From: a plasmid
DNA length: 64,000 bases
Reading direction: 5' to 3' (one strand)
NCBI RefSeq assembly: GCF_055900595.2
Contig: NZ_JBVWEU010000002.1
The notes below the pieces were generated by a model. The model saw only the letters and a program-made list of their open reading frames with translations. It ran no database searches and had not been told where the DNA came from. Positions 22,703-32,569 of the stretch are shown piece after piece. The translations under genes and the position numbers were made by a program. Numbering within the stretch: the first letter of the stretch is position 1; every line of letters starts with the position of its first letter.

Positions 22703-22960
22703 TCAGCCCTGTTTAAAGCCCGGCTTGCCGTTTTTGGCTCGCCATTCCTTCACTTCTTTTACGATACCTTCAGGACTGTCCTCACGGTCATCCCTTGGAT
22801 AATAAATAAGATCAGAACCATCAGGGTGTTCAGCTAATCGACGAAATTCATCCACTAATTTATCATCATCAGCCTCAGTTTCACCTTCAGCCCGGCAGAT
22901 TTTTCTGACGAACTCCAGAAACTCCGCCTCGGTATAGTCAGAAATCGTTTTCTTTTCCAT
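22703..22960 (-). CDS. Nuclease-colicin-type immunity protein (Im family)
   Basis: 85 aa; [12 protein letters not shown] ... [12 protein letters not shown] ... GKPGFKQG closely parallels the DNase-colicin immunity proteins as I recall them; starts one nt after the toxin stop. Confidence 0.75.
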   Translation of the reverse strand: MEKKTISDYTEAEFLEFVRKICRAEGETEADDDKLVDEFRRLAEHPDGSDLIYYPRDDREDSPEGIVKEVKEWRAKNGKPGFKQG

Positions 22961-23296
22961 TTACTTATTTCCTCTGTGAATTTCAATATGATGCTTGGGT
23001 GTCACTACCCTGAGATTATCGATATCATAAACAGCGCCACCATCCGTAACGCGCTTGATATGGTGCAGTTCGAAACGTTCTCGTTCACCTACACGCTCTG
23101 ATTCAGGAACAAACGAAGATTTACCTTTTGTAACCAGAACCTTATTCTGATTTTTGAACTGCTTCAGTAACTCCGGATCTTTCCCCACTTCCATCCACAA
23201 CGCCTTACGGAACCACGGCAGCCTGGAGGCTGCAAATCGGGGTGTGGCAGAATATGAGCTTTCAGAGTAACCATCCAGAATGAGTTCCCATGTCAC
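22961..23296 (-). CDS. HNH DNase toxin domain (colicin E9/pyocin-type C-terminal nuclease), probably a truncated remnant
   Basis: 111 aa ending ...RERFELHHIKRVTDGGAVYDIDNLRVVTPKHHIEIHRGNK (HNH motif); no translocation or receptor domains upstream. Confidence 0.6.
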   Translation of the reverse strand: MTWELILDGYSESSYSATPRFAASRLPWFRKALWMEVGKDPELLKQFKNQNKVLVTKGKSSFVPESERVGERERFELHHIKRVTDGGAVYDIDNLRVVTPKHHIEIHRGNK

Positions 23297-23946
23297 ACAA
23301 CCTAGAGCACCAGAAAGTCCACACCAGAATGGTGAAAGAGGTTCTGAAAGCCGTCGCCAGAGCCAATAATCACCCTTATCAGTCCGTATTTACAGACTTT
23401 ATCGCCGGTCATCCCTCCTGCACGGTCTGTTTCTGGGAAACCTTCAACAAAATGTACCCGGATTCACCGTACGAATACGTCACGTTCTGCCATACCTGCC
23501 GTCGTTTGATTTATACGAAACAGAAGCGGAGATGAAGGCGGATGACCCGAAGTGGTGGTGATTTTCAGCCCCGACCGCTGAAACGCCTGTTCACAATGTC
23601 GCGGTATAAAAATCGACCATGCAGAGAGAGAAACCACCGGAGTGGTGGGAAAAGCAGAAAGGCTCACGTGGCATAAGGCGTGGACAGCGGTATCGTCTGG
23701 TTTTTCAATTTCCTATACGTGAACACAATCTGCAATTCGGTATACAGCGAACCTGCCACCATAAGTGTTTTTATACCACTTAACTGGCTCAGCACCGGGG
23801 GCAGGCTTCATTCTGAATTCATCGCGCAGACGTCCTTTCGAGAAACACCTGTCTTCGGCAATCTCCTGCGCACGTCTGGTGACCAGCTCATCATTATTCA
23901 TGGTTCTTGCATCTCCGTCAGACGTTTTTATATCCGGACAGCCCCT

Positions 23947-24100
23947 CTATGGCCACTTCTGTGCAGTATGCAATACACGCAGGATATACACTTTTCCCCA
24001 CTGGCTGTCGACCTCATAAACCAGAACAAAATGCGGGTGAATAACCAGTTCCCGGGTACCTTCCACACGACCATTGCGGCCTTTATACGGCTGCCCGGCT
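23947..24100 (-). pseudogene. 3' fragment of a RelE/ParE-family toxin gene
   Basis: C-terminal ...GTRELVIHPHFVLVYEVDSQWGKVYILRVLHTAQKWP; the N-terminal part of the ORF is antisense IS66 sequence. Confidence 0.4.
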
Positions 24101-24109
24101 AGGCTGCTG

Positions 24110-24942
24110 GCTGAACACCCGCAAGGTTCACACTGATGACACACCAGTAAAAGTACTGGCACCGGGCAGGAAGAAGGCGAAAACAGGATATGTCTGGACG
24201 TATGTCCGGGATGACCGGAATGCCGGTTCGCCAGAACCTCCGGCGGTCTGGTTCGCCTACTCACCGGACCATCAGGGTAAACATCCGGAGCAACACCTTC
24301 GTCCCTTCCGGGGTATCCTGCAGGCAGATGCGTTCGCAGGTTACGATCGGCTGTTCAGTGCCGAACGTGAAGGCGGCGCGTTGACGGAAGCAGGATGCTG
24401 GGCTCATGCGCGGCGCAAAATCCACGATGTATATATCAGTACCAAAAGCGCGACGGCGGAAGAAGCACTGAAACTAATCGGCGAACTGTACGCCATTGAG
24501 CACGAAATACGCGGGTTGCCGGTGTCTGAACGCCTGGCGGTCAGGCAAATGCAGAGTAAACCGCTACTGACTTCCTTGTATAAGCTGATGCAGGAGAAAG
24601 AACACACGTTATCGAAAAAATGCCGTCTGAGAGATGCGTTCCGGTATATCAGGAAGCACTGGGTTGCGTTGTGCAACTTCTGTGATGACGGTCTGGCGGA
24701 GGCGGACAATAACACAGCGGAAAGAGCGCTTCGTGCAGTCTGTCTCGGAAAGAAAAATTACGTGTTCTTCGGTAGCGATCACGGCGGCGAGCGTGGTGCA
24801 CTGCTGTACGGGCTGATCGGCACCTGCCGTCTGAACGGTATCGATCCGGAAGCGTATCTGCGCCATATTCTGAGCGTACTGCCGGAATGGCTTTCCAACC
24901 GAGTTGACGAACTCCTGCCATGGAACGTAGTACTCACCAATA
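24110..24942 (+). mobile_element. IS66-family transposase gene fragment (C-terminal half), frameshifted, cut at 3' by the IS629-like copy
   Basis: ...VKVLAPGRKKAKTGYVWTY... then CWAHARRKIHDVY...DNNTAERALR...LPWN. Confidence 0.6.
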
Positions 24943-25687
24943 TGAACCGCCCCGGGTTTCCTGGAGAGTGTTTTATCTGTGAACTCAGGCTGCCAGATCA
25001 TCGTTTCCGATGGAAGCATAATAAGCTTTTTCTGCTTCTGCCGGAGGAGTATGGCCCAGCCTTTCCAGCAATCGTCGATTGTTATACCAGTCCACCCACG
25101 TGAGTGTGGCCAGCTCCACTTCTGTCCGGTTTTTCCAGCTCTTACGGTGTATTACCTCCGCTTTGTAAAGGCCATTGATGCTCTCCGCCATCGCGTTGTC
25201 ATACGAGTCGCCTGTACTCCCTGTTGATGCCAGTAATCCGGCTTCCTTAAGCCGCTGTGTGTAGGCCAGCGATACATACTGAGAACCTTTATCACTGTGA
25301 TGGACTGTGCCGGACGGTCGACGGGCCCATAACGCCTGCTCCAGAGCATCCAGCACGAATGTCGTTTCCATAGACGATGCGGCTCAGTTCACGATTTTCA
25401 CGTTCCAGCTCTTTCAGACGCTGACGTTCAGCGGTGGTGAGCCCGCCATCACCGCCTCCCGTATCCCGCTCATGCTGGCGTACCCAGACACGCAGAGTCT
25501 TCGGTGTACAGCCAATCTTTGGGGCAATGGAACAAATTGCCGCCCACTGTGAGTCATATTCGCCCTGACTTTCCAGAACCATACGAATCGCCCTCTGACG
25601 GACTTCGGGGGAAAAACGAGTATTTTTAGTCATTCTGTTTACCTCTTTCTCAGGGAGTTTAGTCTCCAGGATTCCCGGGGCGGTTCA
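24943..25687 (-). mobile_element. IS629-like element with an internal deletion of roughly 570 bp (orfA 3' end through mid-orfB)
   Basis: Same terminal sequences as the 14012-15321 copy, but the orfA translation diverges after RENREL and the orfB N-terminal half is absent. Confidence 0.75.
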
Positions 25688-26121
25688 GTAATACCGGTGA
25701 TCTCGAGGCCCGTTTGCAGAAGAACGGGAGTGTTCGTTTCCGTGACCGTCGGACGGGAGAGTTTGTCTGTACGGATTATGGTGACAGGGTTGTTTTCCGT
25801 AATCACCATGACCGCAATGCGCTGGCAGATAAACTGGATTTGATTGCACCTGTATTGTTTGAGCGTGATCCCAGAATGGGCTTTGAACCAGAAGGAAACG
25901 ACAAACAATTTAACCAGGTCTTTGCTGAAATGGTTGCCTGGCATAATGTGACAGGCCGTACCGGTCACGAAGACTACAGGATTACACGACCGGATGTGGA
26001 TCATCACCGGGAAGGAAGTGAACGCTACTACCGCGATTATATCGCGGCGAACAGCAACGATGACGCATCACTGCCTCCGCCGGAGCAGGATAAACGCTGG
26101 GAACCGCCATCTCCCGTATGA
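25688..26121 (+). pseudogene. 3' fragment of an unidentified gene, cut at 5' by the IS629-like end
   Basis: Open frame from the IS boundary to a stop at 26121; no family recognised by eye. Confidence 0.25.
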
Positions 26122-26173
26122 CCTGTGTCCCTTAGCGAAAATCTCGTAGCTTCTCTCTCAATGAGGGCGGGTA

Positions 26174-26306
26174 TTTGACATCCTCCACGCCCTAAGGACG
26201 TGGGTTCCTGCTTCAACGGGCGGCATCCGTCATCCGCCAATACATTGAATAGCAGCAGACACCTGGTTAGGTGGAAAACAGCGCTTTATATCCCCGTTGA
26301 AGGACG
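26174..26306 (+). repeat. Copy A of a ~134-bp direct repeat bracketing cluster 1
   Basis: Near-identical to 34882-35016 (a few mismatches); begins TTGACATCCTCCACGCCCTAAGGACG and ends with hairpin CCCCGT-TGAAGG-ACGGGG. Confidence 0.8.
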
Positions 26307-26579
26307 GGGGTAAGGGGTATTTGTTAAAAATCAGCACTATCCCTGCCAAATAGGATGATTAATATCACAATATATCGACAATTTTTTTAATATTAAACAA
26401 ATAAACATTTGAAAAAAGTTGTTTATGAATGTCATAGATTGATGTAAATCACATTTTTCATAACAACATTTAGACACCTCAAAAATATTCGCTCCTGTAA
26501 AACAACTTTTTTTTCTGTTGTGGGTCACCTTTATATTGAATACTCGTCACCAGTAAACAATATATACTGGAGATTTGTC

Positions 26580-27248
26580 ATGACGATATCCATTTTTCAG
26601 GCTCAACCCTTTGAATTACCCTTTGATCCGTGCACAACGGCACTGATCATGATAGACATGCAACGTGATTTTGTCGAAGCAGGAGGGTTTGGAGAAGCAT
26701 TGGGTAATGATGTTTCACTGGTTCGCACGGCTATCGCACCATGTAAAGAAGTTCTGGCAGCCGCACGTCAAAAAGGAATTATGGTTATTCATACCCGTGA
26801 AGGCCATCGTGAAGACTTAAGCGACTGCCCATCAGCCAAACTGACGCGCGGCGGAAAAACCTTTATTGGTGAACCAGGACCGATGGGACGCATTCTGGTC
26901 AGGGGTGAAGCAGGTCATGACATCATTCCTGAACTGTATCCGGTGACAGGCGAACCTGTGATTGATAAACCCGGTAAAGGCGCTTTTTATCAAACCGACT
27001 TACATCTGATTTTGCAAAAGCGTGGTATCAAGACACTTATTGTTTGTGGCGTGACTACCGAAGTTTGCGTAACCACCACCGTGCGTGAAGCAAATGACCG
27101 TGGCTATGAATGCATCATACCGGAAGATTGCGTTGGCTCCTATTTCCCGGAATTCCAGAAATACGCCCTTGAGATGATCAAAGCACAAGGTGCCATTTTC
27201 GGTTGGGTTACTGATTCCAAAGCCATTATTGCAGGTCTGGAAGGCTAA
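26580..27248 (+). CDS. Isochorismatase-family cysteine hydrolase (amidase-type)
   Basis: Start taken at ATG 26580 (GGAG about 7 nt upstream); MIDMQRDF (Asp), DKPGKGAF (Lys) and LIVCGVTTEVCV (Cys) match the family catalytic triad pattern. Confidence 0.7.
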   Translation: MTISIFQAQPFELPFDPCTTALIMIDMQRDFVEAGGFGEALGNDVSLVRTAIAPCKEVLAAARQKGIMVIHTREGHREDLSDCPSAKLTRGGKTFIGEPGPMGRILVRGEAGHDIIPELYPVTGEPVIDKPGKGAFYQTDLHLILQKRGIKTLIVCGVTTEVCVTTTVREANDRGYECIIPEDCVGSYFPEFQKYALEMIKAQGAIFGWVTDSKAIIAGLEG

Positions 27249-27253
27249 CGCCG

Positions 27254-28114
27254 ATGGTACAGGTTACGCTTTGTGCATCGTCGTTGGGATATCTTTTCCC
27301 GCAGAATGAAACGCAAGATTTACGTCTACATAGCGCTTTTAAACATGCGGTAAATCTGTATTCAGACGCGGGAACATTCATCACTCTGTTGTGTGCGCAA
27401 ACGTATCTGAATCTCCCTGATGCTGCCAGAGTCTGGCTACCTGAATGTTGGGACTGGCGAAGAGAGATTGCCCATTCAGATCCCATTCAATTAACCCCAG
27501 GCTTACTGCGGACACCTCGATTTTGTGTGGCGCTCGATAACGCAACGCTCTGGCAGTCGCCATTTGTGGGGGGAATGCTGACTCTTGAGGCATTGCCTTT
27601 GGTTTTCCAGCACTACCCCACGATAGCATCGCAACGGCTTTTATTTTGTCTGGAGCATAACGTTCAAAGCACATTGCACCTGCCGGATAGTCTCACGCAC
27701 CAGGGATTAGATATTATGGAACATCCAGATGCGCTGGAACGCCAGGTACCCCAACTGATCGGCTTTGGTAAAGGCTTAACGCCCGATGGAGATGACTATT
27801 TGCTGGGCTATCTGGCAGCCCTCTGGTTATGGCAACTCCCTGCACCACTTGCCAATCATCAATACAGGTTGCAGAAGGCAATTGAACAACATGCACACAA
27901 CACCACGGATATAAGTCGTCATTATCTGCAACGTGCGCTTCAGGGACATTTTTCAGAACCGATTTGCCGGTTACTCGCACAACTGGTTGGGAGCGCATCG
28001 GCAATGACAATCGCATCCTGTACAGAACAGATCATGCAATTTGGCGCAACATCAGGAGTAAATTGCCTTGCAGGAATGCTGCATGGATTTCGAACCCTGA
28101 ACACCATGAATTGA
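27254..28114 (+). CDS. DUF2877-family protein (YlbF/YahE-like)
   Basis: 286 aa; same position relative to the FdrA-like gene as in cluster 2; motif GLTPDGDDYLLGYL shared with the 43104 paralog (GLTPSSDDYLVGL). Confidence 0.55.
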   Translation: MVQVTLCASSLGYLFPQNETQDLRLHSAFKHAVNLYSDAGTFITLLCAQTYLNLPDAARVWLPECWDWRREIAHSDPIQLTPGLLRTPRFCVALDNATLWQSPFVGGMLTLEALPLVFQHYPTIASQRLLFCLEHNVQSTLHLPDSLTHQGLDIMEHPDALERQVPQLIGFGKGLTPDGDDYLLGYLAALWLWQLPAPLANHQYRLQKAIEQHAHNTTDISRHYLQRALQGHFSEPICRLLAQLVGSASAMTIASCTEQIMQFGATSGVNCLAGMLHGFRTLNTMN

Positions 28115-28208
28115 TTTCAACCTTTTCTCCCGTAGCCCGTTTATGGGGCTACACGGGGATGCTTTGCCCGAATTTTGCTATCGGGCGGAATGGAACAGGC
28201 GTAACAGC

Positions 28209-29768
28209 ATGAAAGTTAAATATAAAGTTTTCAGTAATCTTTATCAGGACTCAGTTTCTCTGATGCAGATTTCCGCGCAAATCAGCAAGTTGCCCGGTAT
28301 TCAACAGGCCTCGGTCGTCATGGGAACACCCAATAATCTCGAGCAATTGCGCGATGCGGGTCTGGGTAACGAAATCAACGCCAGTCCCAATGATTTAGTG
28401 ATTGCAGTCATGGGTGAAGAAGATATTTGCAATGAAGCACTGCTACTGGCCCAGCAACGTCTGACCAGCAAACCCGATGATGAAACGGATTGTGGCATTA
28501 AATCACCGGAAAAGGTCAGCCTGGAAATGGCACTGGAAGCTGAACCCGAAGCCAACCTGGCACTCATTTCTGTACCGGGAGACTACGCCGCCGCCGAAGC
28601 AATTAAAGCGTTAAACCTCGGAATGAACGTGATGATGTTCAGCGATAACGTCAGTATCGGGCAGGAAAAATACATCAAAACGCTTGCCCGAGAACGTCAG
28701 CGCATCGTAATGGGACCTGACTGTGGAACCGCCATTGTTAACGGCATTCCGTTAGGCTTCGCTAATGTGGTGAAACGCGGAGCAATTGGTGTTATTGGCG
28801 CGTCAGGCACCGGGCTACAGGAAGTGACTTGCCGAATCGACCAGCTCGGAGCGGGTATTTCTCAGGCGTTGGGAACAGGCGGACATGATCTCAGTGAAGA
28901 GATTGGTGGAATATCAATGCTCTTTGCTTTAGATGCGCTGGCACAAGACGATGAAACTCACGTGATTGTGCTTATTTCAAAACCGCCTTCACCGATCGTT
29001 GCCCGGACTATTCTGGAGCGCGCCGAGGCTTGTGGAAAACCCGTGGTGGTGAATTTCCTCGGGGCGAATCCGCATGATCTGGCACGTCCCAATATCACTG
29101 CCGCCACCACACTTGCCAGCGCCGCCGACATCGCTGTGGCGTTACTGAATGATCAGCCACTTCCGGCTGTCGAGAACGAGGTTTCCTGCGACGATCTCAC
29201 AATGTTACAAAACGCCTGCCAAAGTCTGCCAGTCCATCGCCAGGCGATACGCGGTGTTTTCGCCGGAGGAACCTTCTGTTACGAAGCTCAGCTTATCTGC
29301 CAACAAAAGGGATTCCATGCCGCCTCCAATACGCCAGTTGCGGGTAATCGTGCTCTGGCAAATATCTGGCAAAGTGAAGATCATACACTGATTGATATGG
29401 GGGACGATGATTTCACCCGTGGCAAACCGCATCCAATGATCGACCCGACTCTGCGCAATCAACGTCTGCTCAACGAACTCAACGACTCACATACTGCCGT
29501 TGTGTTATTCGACCTTGTACTTGGTTATGGCACCTCCGCTACGCCTGTCAGCGAATTACTGGACCAACTTTCACACATCGACATGAATAATGCACCGTTG
29601 CTGATTGCCCACGTTTGCGGAACAGAAGCTGATCCGCAAATACGCAGTCAGCAGATAAGCTCACTACAAAATGCAGGCGTCATCATTGCCAACAGCAATG
29701 CACAGGCGGCGCTATGGGCCAGCACCGTTGCACAGACTCAGTTGCAGAAAAAGGAGCTAAATGCATGA
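28209..29768 (+). CDS. FdrA-like protein (acyl-CoA-synthetase/succinyl-CoA-synthetase-alpha fold)
   Basis: Start at ATG 28209 (MKVKYKVFSNLYQDSVSLMQIS...); clear paralog of ORF 43912-45459 (e.g. MGPDCGTAIVNG, GASGTGLQE, TRGKPHPMIDPT). Confidence 0.7.
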   Translation: MKVKYKVFSNLYQDSVSLMQISAQISKLPGIQQASVVMGTPNNLEQLRDAGLGNEINASPNDLVIAVMGEEDICNEALLLAQQRLTSKPDDETDCGIKSPEKVSLEMALEAEPEANLALISVPGDYAAAEAIKALNLGMNVMMFSDNVSIGQEKYIKTLARERQRIVMGPDCGTAIVNGIPLGFANVVKRGAIGVIGASGTGLQEVTCRIDQLGAGISQALGTGGHDLSEEIGGISMLFALDALAQDDETHVIVLISKPPSPIVARTILERAEACGKPVVVNFLGANPHDLARPNITAATTLASAADIAVALLNDQPLPAVENEVSCDDLTMLQNACQSLPVHRQAIRGVFAGGTFCYEAQLICQQKGFHAASNTPVAGNRALANIWQSEDHTLIDMGDDDFTRGKPHPMIDPTLRNQRLLNELNDSHTAVVLFDLVLGYGTSATPVSELLDQLSHIDMNNAPLLIAHVCGTEADPQIRSQQISSLQNAGVIIANSNAQAALWASTVAQTQLQKKELNA

Positions 29769-31189
29769 ATACCTTATTTAATCAGCCTTTGAAGGTCGTG
29801 AACGCGGGGCTACACAGTTTTGCTGACAATATTCAACATGCAGGAGGGCATGCTATATCCCTCAACTGGCAGCCGCCAGCACAAGGTGATATTGACACCG
29901 GTTTGGTTCTGGCGTCATTACTACGCCATCCACTGGTAGAAAGTGCCAACCAAATCGCCATGACACGTTATCTCGAAGCACAGCCCGTGTTGGTGGATGT
30001 CATGCTCGCTAAAGAAGCCATCCCCGAAATGGCTGAACAAAAACGCATTTTACACTCTGGTCCACCGATTGCCTGGGAAGATATGTGTGGTCCGGTAAAA
30101 GGGGCGATTATTGGTGCCATGCTGTACGAAGGCTGGGCTACAAGCCAGAAAGACGCAGAAAACCAGATAAACGCAGGCGAAATCGACCTTGCTCCTTGTC
30201 ATCATTATCACGCGGTTGGACCAATGGCAGGCATTATCAGCCCGTCGATGCCATTATGGGTGGTGGAAAACAAAACCAACGGCCATCGTACTTTTAGCAA
30301 TTTCAATGAGGGTCTGGGTAAGGTTCTCCGTTTTGGTGCCAATAACGATGAAGTTCTCAATCGTCTGGCCTGGATGCGTGATGAACTGGCGCCGGCCATG
30401 AAAGCAGCAATCGCACAACACGGCGAGCTGGAACTCAAGCCATTAATGGCGCAGGCGCTGCATATGGGGGATGAAGTTCATAACCGCAATGCTGCCGCTA
30501 CCGGTTTGCTGATTAAGCGCCTGCTCCCGGCATTGCTGGCCTGCTCTCTTCCACAGGAACATATCCAGCGCGTCGTGGCATTTATCACAGGTAACGATCA
30601 CTTCTTCCTCAATTTGTCGATGGCTGCCTGTAAAGCAATGATGGATGCCGCCGCCAATGTACCGTTCAGTTCAATGGTTACGGTGATGGCGCGTAACGGG
30701 GTGAATTTTGGTATTCGGCTTTCCGGTACTGGCGATCGCTGGTTTCAGGCTCCTGCCAATGCAGTTGAAGGTCTGTTCTTCCCCGGATTTGGCGTTGACG
30801 ACGCCGCTTCTGACCTGGGTGATAGCGCAATTACTGAAACCGCAGGTGTGGGTGGCTTCGCGATGGCGTCATCTCCGGCGATTGTTAAATTTGTGGGAGG
30901 CACCCCTGCCGATGCCACCAATAACAGCCGTCGGATGCAGGCAATCACCCTCGGCGGTAACCCCGCATTTACACTTCCAGCCCTCAATTTTGCCCCCACC
31001 GCAGCAGGTATTGATGCGTGTAAAGTGACCGATCGTGGCATTTTACCGGTCATCAATACGGGTATCGCCCACAAACAAGCGGGAGTCGGACAAATTGGTG
31101 CCGGGATCACCACTGCACCGATGGCCTGTTTTGTCGCTGCTGTACGTGAACTGGCGGAGATCGTCGCAAAGGAGAACCATCATGGTTAA
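29765..31189 (+). CDS. DUF1116-family protein (YlbE/YahG-like)
   Basis: Start ATG overlaps the upstream stop; paralog of 45459-46877 (LFNQPL..VN.G, HSGPPI.WE.MCG, GDSAITET.GVGGFAMA). Confidence 0.65.
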   Translation: MNTLFNQPLKVVNAGLHSFADNIQHAGGHAISLNWQPPAQGDIDTGLVLASLLRHPLVESANQIAMTRYLEAQPVLVDVMLAKEAIPEMAEQKRILHSGPPIAWEDMCGPVKGAIIGAMLYEGWATSQKDAENQINAGEIDLAPCHHYHAVGPMAGIISPSMPLWVVENKTNGHRTFSNFNEGLGKVLRFGANNDEVLNRLAWMRDELAPAMKAAIAQHGELELKPLMAQALHMGDEVHNRNAAATGLLIKRLLPALLACSLPQEHIQRVVAFITGNDHFFLNLSMAACKAMMDAAANVPFSSMVTVMARNGVNFGIRLSGTGDRWFQAPANAVEGLFFPGFGVDDAASDLGDSAITETAGVGGFAMASSPAIVKFVGGTPADATNNSRRMQAITLGGNPAFTLPALNFAPTAAGIDACKVTDRGILPVINTGIAHKQAGVGQIGAGITTAPMACFVAAVRELAEIVAKENHHG

Positions 31190-32138
31190 GCCACTGGCTG
31201 TCGTCGCGGTTGGCGGCAATGCGCTCATTCAGGACGATAAACGCAATAGTATTCCCGATCAATATGTTGCAGTAATGGAAAGCGTGCAGCATATCGTTGA
31301 TATGGTTGAAGCCGGATGGGAGCTGGTGCTAACCCATGGTAATGGCCCGCAGGTAGGCTTTATTCTGCGCCGCTCTGAACTTGCCAGTAACGAAGTTTCT
31401 CCGGTTCCTCTGGATTACGCCGTGGGTGATACCCAAGGCGCCATTGGATACATGTTCCAGAAAGCGCTGCATAACGAATTGGCTCGCCGTGGCATAAACA
31501 AACCGGTAATTGCCCTGGTGACACAAACGCGAGTCAGCCCATATGACGATGCTTTCGCCAGCCCCAGTAAACCGATTGGCGCGTTTCTTGATGAAGAAAC
31601 AGCACAACAACGCCAACAACAACTCGGCTGGACGCTGATGGAGGACGCCGGGCGTGGTTGGCGGCGTACAGTTCCCTCTCCTGCGCCACTGGAAATTATT
31701 GAGCACCACACCATCGCTCACCTTGTGCGCCAGGGATATCTGGTTATAGCCTGCGGCGGCGGCGGTATACCTGTGGTGCGAGACGGGCAACAACTGAAAG
31801 GTGTGGAAGCCGTGATCGATAAAGACCTGGCCTCCGCATTGCTCGCCAGTCAGTTAGGCGCTGATCTGCTGGTGATCCCCACCGGTGTAGAAAAAGTGGC
31901 GATTCACTTTGGTACACCACAACAACAATGGCTCGACGCTATCAGCGTCTACGAAGCTCAAACGCTGTTGCAGGAAGGTCAGTTTGGTGTCGGCAGTATG
32001 CAACCCAAAGTGGAAGCCATTATTGATTTCATCAATGCCAGCCAGCAACAAGGCAAACAGGCCAGCGGACTGATTACTTCACCGCAAACCATAAAAGCAG
32101 CCCTGGCACATCAGAGCGGAACATGGATAACCCTTTAA
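31182..32138 (+). CDS. Carbamate kinase
   Basis: Start at ATG 31182 (overlaps upstream gene by 8 nt); AVGGNAL ... THGNGPQVG ... ACGGGGIPVV motifs. Confidence 0.8.
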   Translation: MVKPLAVVAVGGNALIQDDKRNSIPDQYVAVMESVQHIVDMVEAGWELVLTHGNGPQVGFILRRSELASNEVSPVPLDYAVGDTQGAIGYMFQKALHNELARRGINKPVIALVTQTRVSPYDDAFASPSKPIGAFLDEETAQQRQQQLGWTLMEDAGRGWRRTVPSPAPLEIIEHHTIAHLVRQGYLVIACGGGGIPVVRDGQQLKGVEAVIDKDLASALLASQLGADLLVIPTGVEKVAIHFGTPQQQWLDAISVYEAQTLLQEGQFGVGSMQPKVEAIIDFINASQQQGKQASGLITSPQTIKAALAHQSGTWITL

Positions 32139-32154
32139 TTCTCTGGAGAACACA

Positions 32155-32544
32155 ATGACTACAACACTTTTAGCCGTTAACGGAACGCTGATGCGCGGTC
32201 TGGAACTCAACCCAAATATGCAAAAAGCTGGCGGTATTTTTGTCCGTGAAGACCGAACTGACGCCCATTACCGGTTATGGAGTATTAATGATCGTCATCC
32301 CGGAATGATCCGCGTGAATGAAGGAGGAGCACACGTAGACGTAGAAATCTGGCAACTGCCTCTGGCCAGTTTTGCCGAACTGTTAATGAACGAACCCGAA
32401 GGCCTGACCATTGGAAAAATCAAACTTGCCGATGGTAGCGAAGTACTGGGCGTACTGGCAGAAAGCTGGCTGACTGAAGGCCAGAAGGAGATTACAGCAC
32501 TGGGGGGCTGGCGCAAATACACCGGGAATTTTCACACGATGTAA
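32155..32544 (+). CDS. Small gamma-glutamyl-cyclotransferase-like (AIG2/allophanate-hydrolase C-domain-like) protein
   Basis: 129 aa; weak by-eye resemblance only. Confidence 0.4.
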   Translation: MTTTLLAVNGTLMRGLELNPNMQKAGGIFVREDRTDAHYRLWSINDRHPGMIRVNEGGAHVDVEIWQLPLASFAELLMNEPEGLTIGKIKLADGSEVLGVLAESWLTEGQKEITALGGWRKYTGNFHTM

Positions 32545-32569
32545 CGCGCATTTATAAAGGAAACATATT

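Noticed and set aside
23290-23535. 81-aa plus-strand ORF with two Cys pairs (possible zinc ribbon) divergent from the DNase fragment
   Set aside because: No family recognised and no supporting context; left uncalled
23713-23901. 62-aa ORF downstream of the RelE/ParE-like fragment considered as its antitoxin
   Set aside because: No HTH or known antitoxin fold recognisable, and the toxin gene itself is truncated by IS66 sequence
31035-32138. N-terminal extensions in the ORF track for the carbamate kinase (and likewise 26520, 28143, 29714, 21303)
   Set aside because: Extensions overlap upstream genes and lack family-like sequence; internal ATGs give canonical N-termini and tight operon junctions
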